Below are positions 26,627 through 36,430 of a DNA stretch of 64,000 nucleotides, piece by piece. Position numbers and translations under genes: made by a program. Source of the stretch: a virus. Taxonomy: Duplodnaviria; Caudoviricetes. The DNA is taken from the IMG/VR virus record IMGVR_UViG_2935054407_000001, positions 44,968 to 108,967 of that record. One strand, written 5' to 3'. Numbering within the stretch: the first letter of the stretch is position 1; every line of letters begins with the position of its first letter. The notes beneath the pieces are model-generated. The model had not been told where the DNA came from and searched no databases. It was given only the letters and a program-made list of their open reading frames with translations.

Positions 26627-27872
26627 GGTGGCCGCCCGTGTCGCCGTCGTCGTCGCCGAAGGGGTTGTGCTCCATCTCGAAGAACTTGCCTTGCACCCAA
26701 TTGCGGTAGAACCAGAAGTCGAACGGGCTGCCGTTGCGGGCGGCCAACACCTTGATCATGGCGATGATCGGGTCCTCGGTGACCTGGACGCCGATGAGCA
26801 CGTCCGCCCACTGCTGGAAGCCGGAGGAGTAGCCGAAGCTGGCGAGGCTGACGTCTTCCCCGTGCATCTTGGACTGGAGCATCTGCGTGGAGGCCAGGAT
26901 GGGGATCTCCCGTCGCATCGCCCCGAATTTCAAGGCCGCGCAGATGTGACGCAGCGCCTTGTCGGAGCCGACGTCCTCGCCCTGGTCGTCCTGCATCATG
27001 TAGAGGCCGTCCACGACGACCATGTCCGGCTTGAGCATGTCGGCCATGGCCAGGATGCCACTCGGGCTCGTGGACGTGTCCGGGTCGGTGGCCAGCCAGA
27101 AGTTCGGGAAGAGTTCCATGCTCTTGACCGACTTCTCGACCTTGCGGAATTCCTTCAGTGCCAGCGAGCCGTCCCGCAGAGCGTTGTGAGCCACCATGGC
27201 CTGGATGGCGTCGAGCCGTTCTTCCTGCTCTTCCTGGCTCATCTCGAAGCCCACGAACAGGATCTTCTTCCCTGACATCCACGCAGCGATGGCCGAGAGA
27301 AGCAGGAAGGTGGACTTCCCGGACTTGGGACGACCTCCGAAGATGACGAGGTTCCCGCCGCGCCAGCCGCCGAGAGCTTCGTCCATCAGTGAGAAGCCCG
27401 TGGTGATGCCCTTCAACGCGCCGTCGTGGTCGCGAAGTTCCTGGTAGCGGGCGATGCGCTCTGCGCCGTTTGCGGTGACGTCTACGGCGAGCGTCGTGGG
27501 TACGTCGGCCAGTACGGTCGCCACCGTGGCGGACAGGCCCTTGAGTGCGTCCTGGGTGCGGCCCTGCTGGAGGAGCTGGGCGGCGCGCAGAACAGCGGCG
27601 TCCAAATGGAAGGCCGTGCGCCGGTCGCGGGCCTCGTCCAGGACGTAGCCGAGAGGCTCAAGCTCGCGGTCCAGGGCGTAGTTCGGGTACTCGGAGCTGA
27701 AGGCCCGCGCTGACGGCACGCTGCCGTACCGGCCGGAGTACTCCAGGATGAAATCCCAGGCCGCCAGCGCGTCGGGATCGGCGAACCAATCCCTTTTGAC
27801 GCCTGCGTCCAGGACGGCCTTGATGCCGTCGGCCGAGACGGTGTGGCTGATGATCTGCCGGTAGATGTCCAT
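26616..27872 (-). CDS. dnaB: DnaB-like replicative helicase
   Basis: GITTGF..MD..LGG, GRPKSGKS, FEMS, VVDGLYMM, STQ, QWADV, ARNG. Confidence 0.92.
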   Translation of the reverse strand: MDIYRQIISHTVSADGIKAVLDAGVKRDWFADPDALAAWDFILEYSGRYGSVPSARAFSSEYPNYALDRELEPLGYVLDEARDRRTAFHLDAAVLRAAQLLQQGRTQDALKGLSATVATVLADVPTTLAVDVTANGAERIARYQELRDHDGALKGITTGFSLMDEALGGWRGGNLVIFGGRPKSGKSTFLLLSAIAAWMSGKKILFVGFEMSQEEQEERLDAIQAMVAHNALRDGSLALKEFRKVEKSVKSMELFPNFWLATDPDTSTSPSGILAMADMLKPDMVVVDGLYMMQDDQGEDVGSDKALRHICAALKFGAMRREIPILASTQMLQSKMHGEDVSLASFGYSSGFQQWADVLIGVQVTEDPIIAMIKVLAARNGSPFDFWFYRNWVQGKFFEMEHNPFGDDDGDTGGHHGY

Positions 27873-28309
27873 CAGAATGCCCCGAGGTGCTGCTTGTTGT
27901 GGCTGGTGACGACGCGGGTCCGGCCGCCGTAGGTGAACTGCCGGGTGGAGTCGCCGTCGTAGACGGCCAGGACGTGCGGCATGTGCGCGAGCTGGCGGGC
28001 GAGCGCGTCAGGTGAGGGCGCGGCCCAGGCGGTGCGGGCTGGGTAGTTGTGCTCGTTCAGCAGCTCGCGGATCGACGCGGCGAACTCCTCGCCCCGGAAG
28101 GTGACGATCTCCACGTTGATGTCGGCGTTGAGGGTGAGCCGCCACAGAGCCGCCTCGGCCGTCGAGTCGAAGGCGCAGTCGGCGGCGGCCGGAGGCGCGC
28201 TCTTGCGGAAGAGGCGCTTGGGCGGGGCGGCCGGAGGCGTGGCGATCACGGTCTCGAAGACCACGAGAACGGTCGGCATCACCTCCGCCGACAGGTCACC
28301 GCCCTGCAT
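27872..28309 (-). CDS. Degenerate HAD-like protein (MQGGDLS...)
   Basis: VLVVFETVI strand in the motif I position, VYD near C-terminus; GAGG RBS. Confidence 0.55.
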   Translation of the reverse strand: MQGGDLSAEVMPTVLVVFETVIATPPAAPPKRLFRKSAPPAAADCAFDSTAEAALWRLTLNADINVEIVTFRGEEFAASIRELLNEHNYPARTAWAAPSPDALARQLAHMPHVLAVYDGDSTRQFTYGGRTRVVTSHNKQHLGAF

Positions 28310-28538
28310 CAGGCACCTCTTCGTACGAGATGGCTCCGACGGTGACGGTGATCGTGACCAGGTCACCGTCCTGGCTCCGCTTGACGTGGGCCTGCGCTGG
28401 GTGGAGCCGCGCGTCCATGGCCTTGTCGCGCAGATGGCTGGCCATGTTCGCGGCGATCATGTTGTGGTTGCTCTCGCTCAGCCAGACCGGAATTGTGGCT
28501 TCGGCGACGAAGAACCGGGCAGAGGGTGACTCAGACAC
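28296..28538 (-). CDS. Hypothetical protein (MSESPSARFF...)
   Basis: GTG overlapping DnaC-like stop. Confidence 0.6.
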   Translation of the reverse strand: MSESPSARFFVAEATIPVWLSESNHNMIAANMASHLRDKAMDARLHPAQAHVKRSQDGDLVTITVTVGAISYEEVPDAGR

Positions 28539-29151
28539 GGCGCATGTCCAATCCGGCGAGGTGGACGATGGTGAACGCCTGGTGCGCGAAGCTGGACATG
28601 GACGGGTCGTACATCTCGTCCCACTTCTCAAGGCTCTCGTTGGTGCTGGCAGTGGTGGGCAGCCCGTCTTCGTACCGGCCGCGCATCAGGTCCGTGATCT
28701 CCGCGCCGACGTAACCGCTCGCGGTGCGGTACTCCTTGCCGACGTCATCGATGACCAGGTTGTGCACGGTGCGCAGGCGCGCTACGCGCCGGACGATCTT
28801 CGGGCCTGCGTTGCCTGCGACCACGGCACGCATGTCGGAGAGCATGCGGCTGGCCTTGACGTACATGATCGTGTTGTCGTGTGCCCAGTGGATCTCGGCC
28901 GCCGTCATGCAGGCGAGCGTGGTCTTGCCGGTGCCGTGGTCGCCGATGAGGAGCAGGCCCTTGCCGACGCGGCTGCGGTCGGTGGAGGTCCGGCCGTAGT
29001 GCTCGGGGAAGTCGGCCGCGAAGGCGGCGGCGGCGGCGATGGCCTTCTCGGCGCTGGGGTTGTAGATCTTCCAGTCGTCGAAGCCGCGTCCTCGGCATTC
29101 GTGGGGGATCTGGGCTGTCTCCCAGCGCCAGGAGTAGTCAATCGGCAGCAT
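28531..29151 (-). CDS. DnaC/IstB-like AAA+ helicase loader
   Basis: GLLLIGDHGTGKTT, LVIDDVGKE, R.RY...LPT..STN. Confidence 0.88.
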   Translation of the reverse strand: MLPIDYSWRWETAQIPHECRGRGFDDWKIYNPSAEKAIAAAAAFAADFPEHYGRTSTDRSRVGKGLLLIGDHGTGKTTLACMTAAEIHWAHDNTIMYVKASRMLSDMRAVVAGNAGPKIVRRVARLRTVHNLVIDDVGKEYRTASGYVGAEITDLMRGRYEDGLPTTASTNESLEKWDEMYDPSMSSFAHQAFTIVHLAGLDMRRV

Positions 29152-30145
29152 GGGTGGCCTGCCTCTCTGCCTGGATTTCGGCCCAGGTCTTGGGGGTGTC
29201 GTAGAGGGCGACGTCGTCTTGGCTCAGGCCCCAGCTCTCGGCGTAGCCGTCGGCGGCGGGGTTGTGGTGCTGGTCGGTGTGCTCGGCGGCCTGGAGGCGC
29301 TCGGCCAGCGCGGCGCGGCGGGCCAGGAAGCTCACCCAGGCGACGCGGCCCTGCCAGTGCAAGCTGGGGTCGCTGGCGTAGATGTCGATCATGGAGCGGA
29401 TCTGGTCGGGCGTGACGCCTGCCTGCTTCCAGCCGTTCAGGCTCTTGGCCAGGGCCGGGAGGTTGGTGGTGCCGACCTTGGCGGCGAGGTCGTTGCTGGC
29501 GCGCATGCGGGTCTCGAAGTACTGGGCGAGGCCGAGGCCGGTGTCGGGGTTGGTGCTGCGGCCCTTGGCCGGTGCCGGATCCTGCTCGGGGAGGTCGAAG
29601 AGGCCCTGGCTTCGTGCCGGGTCGAAGTCGTCATCCTTCTGCCGGTGTGAAAGACGGTCCTTGGACCGGCTGCCCGCCGCCGCTCGCGCGGAGCGCGTGC
29701 GTGGGGTTGTAGTTCGCTTAGTACTTGGTACTACTCCGTAATTACTAAGATCCGGCTTTTCCGGATGCGGGAAACCCGGATCCGGATTTTCAGGATGCGG
29801 GGGCTGACCTGGGGAAACTTCGGGGAACTTCCCCTCGTTGTCACAGCGCATGAAGTACCGCTTGCGCACCAGGCCAGGGCGCTCAGGGTCGGGGACGTCC
29901 TCGATCCCCATGTACGCGGCGTCTACGAGGATCTTCAGCGCTGCGTAGATGGCGTCGCGCCCCTCGGTGAACTTCTTCATGAGGTCGCCGACGCGGACCA
30001 CCCAGCCGTCAGGGCGGGTCACGAGGTAGACGAGGATGCCGTAGGAGCGGGCGGAGATCATGCCCGGCTCCAGGAGGTCGTTGGAGAGGACCGTGTATCC
30101 GCCACGACGGCGCGGGATACGGATTTCGGTGGAGACGTCGGCCAC
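29138..30145 (-). CDS. Replication initiator (N-terminal wHTH, lambda-O-like layout)
   Basis: GYTVLSNDLL...SARSYGILVYLVTRPDGW...EGRDAIYAALKILVDAAY; PENP/PEKP linker; directly upstream of loader; GGAG RBS then GTG 30145. Confidence 0.8.
   Translation of the reverse strand: MADVSTEIRIPRRRGGYTVLSNDLLEPGMISARSYGILVYLVTRPDGWVVRVGDLMKKFTEGRDAIYAALKILVDAAYMGIEDVPDPERPGLVRKRYFMRCDNEGKFPEVSPGQPPHPENPDPGFPHPEKPDLSNYGVVPSTKRTTTPRTRSARAAAGSRSKDRLSHRQKDDDFDPARSQGLFDLPEQDPAPAKGRSTNPDTGLGLAQYFETRMRASNDLAAKVGTTNLPALAKSLNGWKQAGVTPDQIRSMIDIYASDPSLHWQGRVAWVSFLARRAALAERLQAAEHTDQHHNPAADGYAESWGLSQDDVALYDTPKTWAEIQAERQATHAAD
29640..29657 (+). repeat. Dispersed 18-bp motif, copy 5 (18/18)
   Basis: TGCCGGTGTGAAAGACGG inside initiator gene. 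Confidence 0.85.
29707..29833. other. Candidate replication origin inside initiator gene
   Basis: 23-bp direct repeat at 29749 and 29779 (2 mismatches) next to an AT-rich tract at 29707-29750. Confidence 0.5.
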
Positions 30146-30262
30146 GTGTAGGGCTCCAGAATTTCGGCTTGAGTATCGGCCTTGGTATCTAAATCTTAGC
30201 TTGCATGAGGCCGATTTGTCCGGTAGTGTCCGGATCGTTGGAAGCGTTCCGAGGGAGATCAA

Positions 30263-30297
30263 AAGCGGGGGTCCCATGGCTTGGGGGACCCCCGCTT
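30263..30297 (-). terminator. Intrinsic terminator
   Basis: 13-bp stem AAGCGGGGGTCCC / GGGACCCCCGCTT with TTTT. Confidence 0.75.
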
Positions 30298-30304
30298 CGT
30301 GTGT

Positions 30305-31327
30305 CTAGGCCACCAGGCCCAGCTCCCTGGCCTGGCTCTCAGGGATCTGCACCCTGTGCGCACCACCGGGCAGGCGGCCCGGCTTGACCGGCGCGTAGGT
30401 GCCGTCCTTCTTCTTGACCACGGTGACCTTGTTCTCTTCGTCACGAGACTTGCCCGGAGTGGTGTTGAACGCGACGACCTCCGCACGCTTCTCGGCCAGG
30501 AGCGCCAGCGCGTCCCGGCGCAGCAGCTCCGTTTCCACGCGCTCGCGCACCATGGCGTCCATGACCCGGTAGAGGCTTTCGGCGAAGTCGGCCATGAGGC
30601 GCGGGATGATCTTGTCGTCGAGCGCGGCCGGAGCGAACGTCTGCGCCTCGTCGGCGGCGGCCGGGACCGCGTAGTGCTCGAAGCCCGGGAGCGGGTCCTG
30701 GAGGTCCTGAGGGTTCGGGGGGTCCTGGGATACCGGGGAGGGGCTGTGAGGCTCTGAAATTTCTGCGGTGGGGGCGTTTTCGGGCATCTCCGGCTCGTCC
30801 TCCTCCCCCGATTCCTGTTCGGCGTCCGCCTGCGGCTCGTCATCCTCGTCGTCGAAGTTGATGTCGTCGATACCGGCGGAGCTGAGGGCCATGACCTTGA
30901 TGCCTAGGTCACACGCCTGGCGTGCGATCTCCTCCATGGCGTCGCCGTCGGTGCCCTCCTCCCACAGCAGCAGCAGGTACGGGTCACAGGTGCCGTTGTC
31001 GGTGCCGACGATGGCCGTGAGCAGGTCCGTCACGACGTCACCCGTCGCAGGCACCTGCTCGTCGGCGGCGGCGGCGATCTCGCGACCGCGAACGCCGGGA
31101 GTCGTGCTGACCACTGCGTGAGTCAGCTCCTCGGCAGCGATGGCCCACGCGTGGACGGCGGCGACGCCGGGAGTGGTGACGGTGCGGTCGGCCGGGAACC
31201 AGATGATCAGGTGCCCGTCGTCCTCGGGAAGGACGCTGTCCAGCCATTCGGTGACGGCCTGCTCGATCAGCTCGGCCTTCGGGTTCGCGGTTCCGAGCAC
31301 GCCAACGGCGAGAGTGGAATCAGACAA
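30305..31327 (-). CDS. Acidic hypothetical protein (alpha/beta N-domain, acidic linker, basic C-tail)
   Basis: 340-aa ORF, GAGGA RBS, TTG start. Confidence 0.8.
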   Translation of the reverse strand: MSDSTLAVGVLGTANPKAELIEQAVTEWLDSVLPEDDGHLIIWFPADRTVTTPGVAAVHAWAIAAEELTHAVVSTTPGVRGREIAAAADEQVPATGDVVTDLLTAIVGTDNGTCDPYLLLLWEEGTDGDAMEEIARQACDLGIKVMALSSAGIDDINFDDEDDEPQADAEQESGEEDEPEMPENAPTAEISEPHSPSPVSQDPPNPQDLQDPLPGFEHYAVPAAADEAQTFAPAALDDKIIPRLMADFAESLYRVMDAMVRERVETELLRRDALALLAEKRAEVVAFNTTPGKSRDEENKVTVVKKKDGTYAPVKPGRLPGGAHRVQIPESQARELGLVA

Positions 31328-31505
31328 GGGGGATCCTCAGCTCAAGAGGTCGGATTCGGCAGACCAGTTCTACCGTCTTTGCGGTGAGTTTGGAAAGTCA
31401 TACCGATATTCAACCGGAAACTGTTGAGCCCCTGGCGACGGTACCAGGGGCTCAGGGAGCGAGGGTCAGGGCAGTCACGGTGCCCTCGTCCGTCGGCATA
31501 CGCAA

Positions 31506-31560
31506 AAGAACCCCTGCTCAACTCCGTTGGCCACCGGAGTACCGTTGAGCAGGGGTTCTT
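31506..31560 (-). terminator. Strong terminator ending the virion/lysis operon
   Basis: 17-bp inverted repeat AAGAACCCCTGCTCAAC / GTTGAGCAGGGGTTCTT with T-run. Confidence 0.8.
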
Positions 31561-31606
31561 CGTTTGGTAGCGACACAAGGCTCTGCGTAGCAGGACCTAC
31601 CCTACA

Positions 31607-31882
31607 TCAAGGTCCGGACAGGCGTGCGGTGCGCCGGATCACCTGCGGCTGCTCAGTTCGCCGCGTCATCAGGCCCAGCAGCGCCACGAGGGCAGCCACG
31701 GTCCCCGCGTCGGTCACCAGCGGCCACGGGCACCACAGCAGCGCGAGCGCCACGGCGATCACGAGAACCGACTGAAGAAGGACGGGAAGCCGGGCTGCCC
31801 CAGCTTCCCGCAGCACTTCCCAGGCGACCCAGCACGTCAGCGCGACCTGCGCCAGCGTGAGAAGGTCGGCCTCAGGCGGCAA
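31607..31882 (-). CDS. Small multi-pass membrane protein (holin-associated)
   Basis: Three hydrophobic segments; overlaps holin-like gene. Confidence 0.65.
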   Translation of the reverse strand: MPPEADLLTLAQVALTCWVAWEVLREAGAARLPVLLQSVLVIAVALALLWCPWPLVTDAGTVAALVALLGLMTRRTEQPQVIRRTARLSGP

Positions 31883-32189
31883 GGTCGAACCGGTCCGTCA
31901 CGAGCTTGCTCTTGGCCCAGTCGGCAACGCCGGTCGGCGACCACAGACCGAAGTGCGTGGCGACGGCGCCGACGAAGGCCGTGAAGGCGGTGATGAGCGC
32001 GCTCTTCCAGTCGAAGGCCACGTTCGCGTTGACCGCGTCCAGGGCGGCCGAGACGAAACCGCCGGTCACCGACAGCAGCGCCAGCAGCACGGCGCGGACG
32101 CCGCCGCCCCAGCTCGCCTTGGTGACCAGGCCGACGAGGACCGGGAGGATGGTGGAAAGGACGACGGTGAGAAGCTGAACGGTATACAC
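31872..32189 (-). CDS. Putative holin
   Basis: Three TM segments, LPVLVGLVTK...HFGLWSPTGV; at end of tail genes. Confidence 0.7.
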   Translation of the reverse strand: MYTVQLLTVVLSTILPVLVGLVTKASWGGGVRAVLLALLSVTGGFVSAALDAVNANVAFDWKSALITAFTAFVGAVATHFGLWSPTGVADWAKSKLVTDRFDLAA

Positions 32190-32204
32190 GGTTTTCCCTG
32201 ACTC

Positions 32205-34427
32205 CTAATTGTCGAGGTACGGGATCTTCCCGAATTCCGGATACTCGACGATGACTCCAGTTGGCGCAGATTCGTCGAGCGCCTGCTTGAGAATGTAGCT
32301 GCGGCGCGCGAAGTCTTTGTAATAGAAGGTGCCGCCGGAAGCGTCATTGTGGCCGTAGCGGTACCACAGATCGATGTTGCCCGACTGCCATGAGAAGTAG
32401 TCTTCCGGCGCGATTCCCTCTTCGAGAAGATGGCCTGCCACCGCGAATTCCTCTTCGGAGATCTGCGGCTGGGTGATCTGCGGTTCCCACCGCATAAGAA
32501 CTCCGCCGTTCGCAGGTGTTTGGAAGACGGCGACGATGCGCTTCCAGCCTTCCCCGAGTGCTGGGGCAGCACTTCCCTCGGTGTAGGAAGCAGGCTTCGC
32601 GAGCTGGGCACCCGTGGCCGGGTTGTAGACGCGCAGGAAGAGATCGCCCATCCCGGCCGACTTGTGGACGTAGGCCGAGACGGTGTACCACGCGCCGCCA
32701 CGCAGGGTGTCGTACTGCGTGATGACCTGCCGGGAAACACCTACCGGGAACGTCACGCGCTGGGCCTGCTGGGTGTCGCTGGGAAGCGGCGATGCCACGT
32801 CCTGGGAAGTCGTCTGCGTGCCCCCGGTGAGGATGGTCAGCTTGGTCTTGGCGATGTTCAGCCGGTCCGGATACACGTAGGGGACCAGTGAGTTGGCCAT
32901 GCGATACAACGTCGGCCCATTGGCCCCGGCGATTTCCACCTGATACATGGTGAATTGTTGCCAGTTTGTGGCCGCGACGTTTTCGAATCGAATTCCGGGG
33001 ACGAGGTACGCGGCGCGGTTCCATAGGGTTCCGCTGGAGGTGGCGACGTCCTCGGGTACGACGAAATCGCAGTAGACGCGTACCCATTCGGCGCCGTTGG
33101 CTCCGGTGTTCACACCGCCGTTGCTGTTGGCGCGGATGCTCAGGAGAGGGTCGGTTTCGTTCGCCCCGAAAATCGCGAAGTCAGCGAACCCACCAACGGG
33201 AATCGCCTGCCCCAGATCCAGGCTTCCGAAGGAAGACCCGGTTCCGTGGCCTTCCGACTGCCCGGCGATGGCGGCAATCAGGCTACCGATGGAAAAGGCA
33301 GTTCCCGACCCTGCCAGTTCGGGCGGGAAGGTCAGTGCCACACTTCCCGTGGAACTTCCCGTGCCGCTCAGCGAGATCGGGTAGGTGATGTCCAGCGCCA
33401 CACTGCCGTCGGAAGCGGCGGTGCCGCTCGCGCCGACGTAGATCACCGAGTAGGCATCGAGACTTCCGCTGGAGTCGGCGCTTCCACTCGCGGCGGCCGG
33501 GCCGAACTGCCACAGGGCCAGGCGGCCGGTTGAGCTTCCCGTACCGCTACCGGCCATGCCGACCAGGACGGCTTCCATGCGCCCGGTGGAAGCAGCGGTG
33601 CCCGACAGCTCGGGAAGGAGCACGACGTAGGTACCCAGGCTGCCGGTGGAGAAGGTATCGCCGTGCGCCTGGGTGGTGGCGACACCGAGAGTGGCTGACG
33701 CATGGGGCGTCCCGGACCAGGTGTAGCCAGGGAAGCCGCCGTCTACGTAGGCCGTCTCCACAGTGCCTTGTTCGAGCTGGAGGGCGTCCACCCATGCTGA
33801 GGCGGTGCCGCCGTCCACCGCCGGGTAGTGGGTGTTGACCTCCTCGTAGTAGTCCACCCACCAGAGGGTGACCTGCTGGTAGGGGGCGCCTCTGCGCAGG
33901 TAGTTCGGCAGCGAGTTGTAGAAGCTGTACGCAGCAGAGCTACTGCTATAGCTGTTCGAGCGCGCCATGAGGGTCGTCTCGGAGTGCGCGGCCTGGTAGT
34001 ACACGTTGCCGACCGCGATCCGCACCATGAGCCGGTCGGCTCCGGCGCGCGGCGCGATGTTGCGCAGCGCCCACCGGCCGGTGGCCACCACCTGGAGCGT
34101 GGCCCGCTGCTGACGCTGGGCGGCGCTCTGGCCGGGCAGCAGATCATAGACGGTGATCGTGATCCGGTTGGCCGCCGGATCCTGCTGGGCGGCTCGGGCC
34201 ACGACGTAGCCCGACAGGGTGAAAGGACCCGAGCCGATGTCGATGGGCACGGTGGTCTCCATGCCCTTGCTCTGCTCGCTGGTGGTGGTGACCGCGATCT
34301 GGAGGCCGTTGTTGCCGACCTGCTTGTTCGCGGTGCCGCGCGACAGGCTCGCCCCGTCAGGGCTGCTCCAGGTGGCCGTGTTCGTCTCGAACGACGGGTT
34401 CGGCAGGTAGTTCGCGTAGTTCGTCAC
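32205..34427 (-). CDS. Tail fibre / receptor-binding protein with carbohydrate-binding-like modules
   Basis: NYLPNPSFE start, DALQLEQG...WSGTPHAS module, repeated SGTxSSxGxL units. Confidence 0.7.
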   Translation of the reverse strand: MTNYANYLPNPSFETNTATWSSPDGASLSRGTANKQVGNNGLQIAVTTTSEQSKGMETTVPIDIGSGPFTLSGYVVARAAQQDPAANRITITVYDLLPGQSAAQRQQRATLQVVATGRWALRNIAPRAGADRLMVRIAVGNVYYQAAHSETTLMARSNSYSSSSAAYSFYNSLPNYLRRGAPYQQVTLWWVDYYEEVNTHYPAVDGGTASAWVDALQLEQGTVETAYVDGGFPGYTWSGTPHASATLGVATTQAHGDTFSTGSLGTYVVLLPELSGTAASTGRMEAVLVGMAGSGTGSSTGRLALWQFGPAAASGSADSSGSLDAYSVIYVGASGTAASDGSVALDITYPISLSGTGSSTGSVALTFPPELAGSGTAFSIGSLIAAIAGQSEGHGTGSSFGSLDLGQAIPVGGFADFAIFGANETDPLLSIRANSNGGVNTGANGAEWVRVYCDFVVPEDVATSSGTLWNRAAYLVPGIRFENVAATNWQQFTMYQVEIAGANGPTLYRMANSLVPYVYPDRLNIAKTKLTILTGGTQTTSQDVASPLPSDTQQAQRVTFPVGVSRQVITQYDTLRGGAWYTVSAYVHKSAGMGDLFLRVYNPATGAQLAKPASYTEGSAAPALGEGWKRIVAVFQTPANGGVLMRWEPQITQPQISEEEFAVAGHLLEEGIAPEDYFSWQSGNIDLWYRYGHNDASGGTFYYKDFARRSYILKQALDESAPTGVIVEYPEFGKIPYLDN

Positions 34428-36430
34428 GGCGTCTCCACGGTCATGCCGAATCTCGTCTGTGTTTGGTTGAAGGTCGAGGTCGTCGTAGCGACCTGCACGC
34501 CGTTGCGCAGCACCGTCAGGGCCGTGCCGGTGGCCCGTACGGTCAGCCGGTCACCGTCGCTGAGCGGTGTGGAGTAGGTGACCAGGTCCGTGATCGCCGC
34601 TCCGTTGACCGTCTGGAGCTTGGTCCTGCTCGCGCGGATGTAGCTGGTCTCGCTGGCGGCGCGCAGCACGAGGGCCTGGACCTTGCCGGTGGGGGCGTTG
34701 GCCCCGAGAGTTGCGGCGACGGTGGCGTTGGCGGCCCCGTAGTCGATGAGCGCCATGGATCGGGCAGCGTCAGGGTTGCTCGGCCGGGCGACGCCGTACA
34801 GGTAGGAGTCGCGCCGGAATGCCGATGCCGTGGCGGGGGTGGTCCACGCCTTGTTGCCGTACTCCGTCGTTCGGCCGGTCAGTGGCGTTATGGCGTTGTC
34901 GGTGTAGGCGGTGAAGGTGTCCAGGACGCGCGTGTCCGTGGCCACGCCGAATTCGCGGCCGAGGAAGGCCCCGCGCTCGTCGTAGAACTCCGCGTAGACC
35001 TGGGCGGGGTTGACAGGTTTCGCGGTGGCCGTGTGCGGCTGGTGGGTGTAGGCCGACAGCGTGAGTCTCAGGCGCGTGTCGGTGCCGACGACCTGCCAGC
35101 GATCGGAGCTGGCGGGCGCGATGCCCAGACGGCCCGGTCGTACCGCCGTATACAGCCTGCCCTGGTAGGTGACCAGCGAGCCGCTCGGGTAGTCGGCGGT
35201 GGCGCTCCACGGCTGCGGCTTGGGCAGGGGAATGCCATGCGTGATCGCCGTCAGAGGCTTGACCGTCTGGCCAGCGGCCTCGGGCAGCAGGCGGGCACCG
35301 ATGTTCGCCGTCGTGGATGCCGCGTTGTTCTTGACGGTGACGGCGTTGACCGACAGGTGGCTTTCCAACGGCTTGGGAGCGCCCAGCACCAGCTCTGTGG
35401 CTACGAGCGTTTCCGCGACGGTCCCGGTGAAGGACTGGGGCGCCCAGCCGTGCTGGGATCGGCTGGTCGCGTCGTAGGCGGAGGTCGCTGCGTCCAGGAC
35501 GAGCAGGACATCCCACCACGTGTTGGCCACGCGGTCACCGGCCGCTGGCATCTGGGCGTAGCCGGTGGATCCGGCGACCTTGCAGACGTAGTCGGCCCCC
35601 TCGATGGTGACGCGGTCGCCGACCTTGTAGATGATCGTCGGGTCCCACTCGCGCGGGCGCGGGTTGAGCATCTGGGAGCGGTCGGCCGTCAACATCAGGT
35701 TCGGGGACGGGCGCAGCGCGAGGTCCCAGCCGGAGGCGGCGCGTGCCTCCGCGATCATCGCCTCCATGGTGCCGCGCCGGGCCAGCAGTGAAGCGGCATC
35801 GCGTACGAAGCTCCGCTTTCGGGCACCGGACAGGCCGGGGTAGGCGGGCAGGCCGAACTGCTGAATCAGCAGGTCGATGGCTCCGATGTGCGCGTACCCG
35901 GGATCTTGGCTTCGCCAGGCGGCGGCGTAGCTCGTGCGGACCTTGTCCAGGCCCCACCCGATCAGGGACATGTACCGGCGCAGTGTGGTGTTGGTGTCGG
36001 CTTCCAGGTCGAGCCGGTTGCCGCGCATGATCTGGTAGTGGATCGGCAGGCGTGACCACAGCCAGGCCGCGCTTTGGTGGTCGGCAACGTGCAGGCAGCT
36101 CGCGGTGGCCGCCCACATCCACTGGCCGCCGAGCTTGATAAAGGCCGAATAATAATGGAAGGTGCCCGGCAAGACGTCGCTGTCGGTGTAGGAGGTCTGG
36201 GGCGTGTCCGAGTCGAGCAGGATTTCTCCGTCGATTTCAGAGACGGGGTATCCCCAGCGGTTCTTGACCAGCCGGAAGCGTGCGAATTCTCCGGTGGGCG
36301 GATCCCACGTGACGTGAATCTTCAGGTAGTTCAGCGAGTACGCGGTGAAGGATGCCGGATTGAAGTTCGGCAAATCCGGTTCGGGGCCATAAAATCGGGT
36401 GCCGTAGTTATGGGTTAGGTAGATGGCCAA
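34424..36430 (-). CDS. Baseplate wedge / tail protein (P2 gpI-like region with CBM5/12-like repeats)
   Basis: LWSRLP..Y, LRRYMSLIGW, RRGT..AM; W....Y..G..V repeats. Confidence 0.7.
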   Translation of the reverse strand: MAIYLTHNYGTRFYGPEPDLPNFNPASFTAYSLNYLKIHVTWDPPTGEFARFRLVKNRWGYPVSEIDGEILLDSDTPQTSYTDSDVLPGTFHYYSAFIKLGGQWMWAATASCLHVADHQSAAWLWSRLPIHYQIMRGNRLDLEADTNTTLRRYMSLIGWGLDKVRTSYAAAWRSQDPGYAHIGAIDLLIQQFGLPAYPGLSGARKRSFVRDAASLLARRGTMEAMIAEARAASGWDLALRPSPNLMLTADRSQMLNPRPREWDPTIIYKVGDRVTIEGADYVCKVAGSTGYAQMPAAGDRVANTWWDVLLVLDAATSAYDATSRSQHGWAPQSFTGTVAETLVATELVLGAPKPLESHLSVNAVTVKNNAASTTANIGARLLPEAAGQTVKPLTAITHGIPLPKPQPWSATADYPSGSLVTYQGRLYTAVRPGRLGIAPASSDRWQVVGTDTRLRLTLSAYTHQPHTATAKPVNPAQVYAEFYDERGAFLGREFGVATDTRVLDTFTAYTDNAITPLTGRTTEYGNKAWTTPATASAFRRDSYLYGVARPSNPDAARSMALIDYGAANATVAATLGANAPTGKVQALVLRAASETSYIRASRTKLQTVNGAAITDLVTYSTPLSDGDRLTVRATGTALTVLRNGVQVATTTSTFNQTQTRFGMTVETP

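Noticed and set aside
31330-31606. Multi-hairpin intergenic region as ncRNA or tRNA
   Set aside because: Explained by a terminator plus leader hairpins; no tRNA T-loop, acceptor stem or riboswitch consensus recognised
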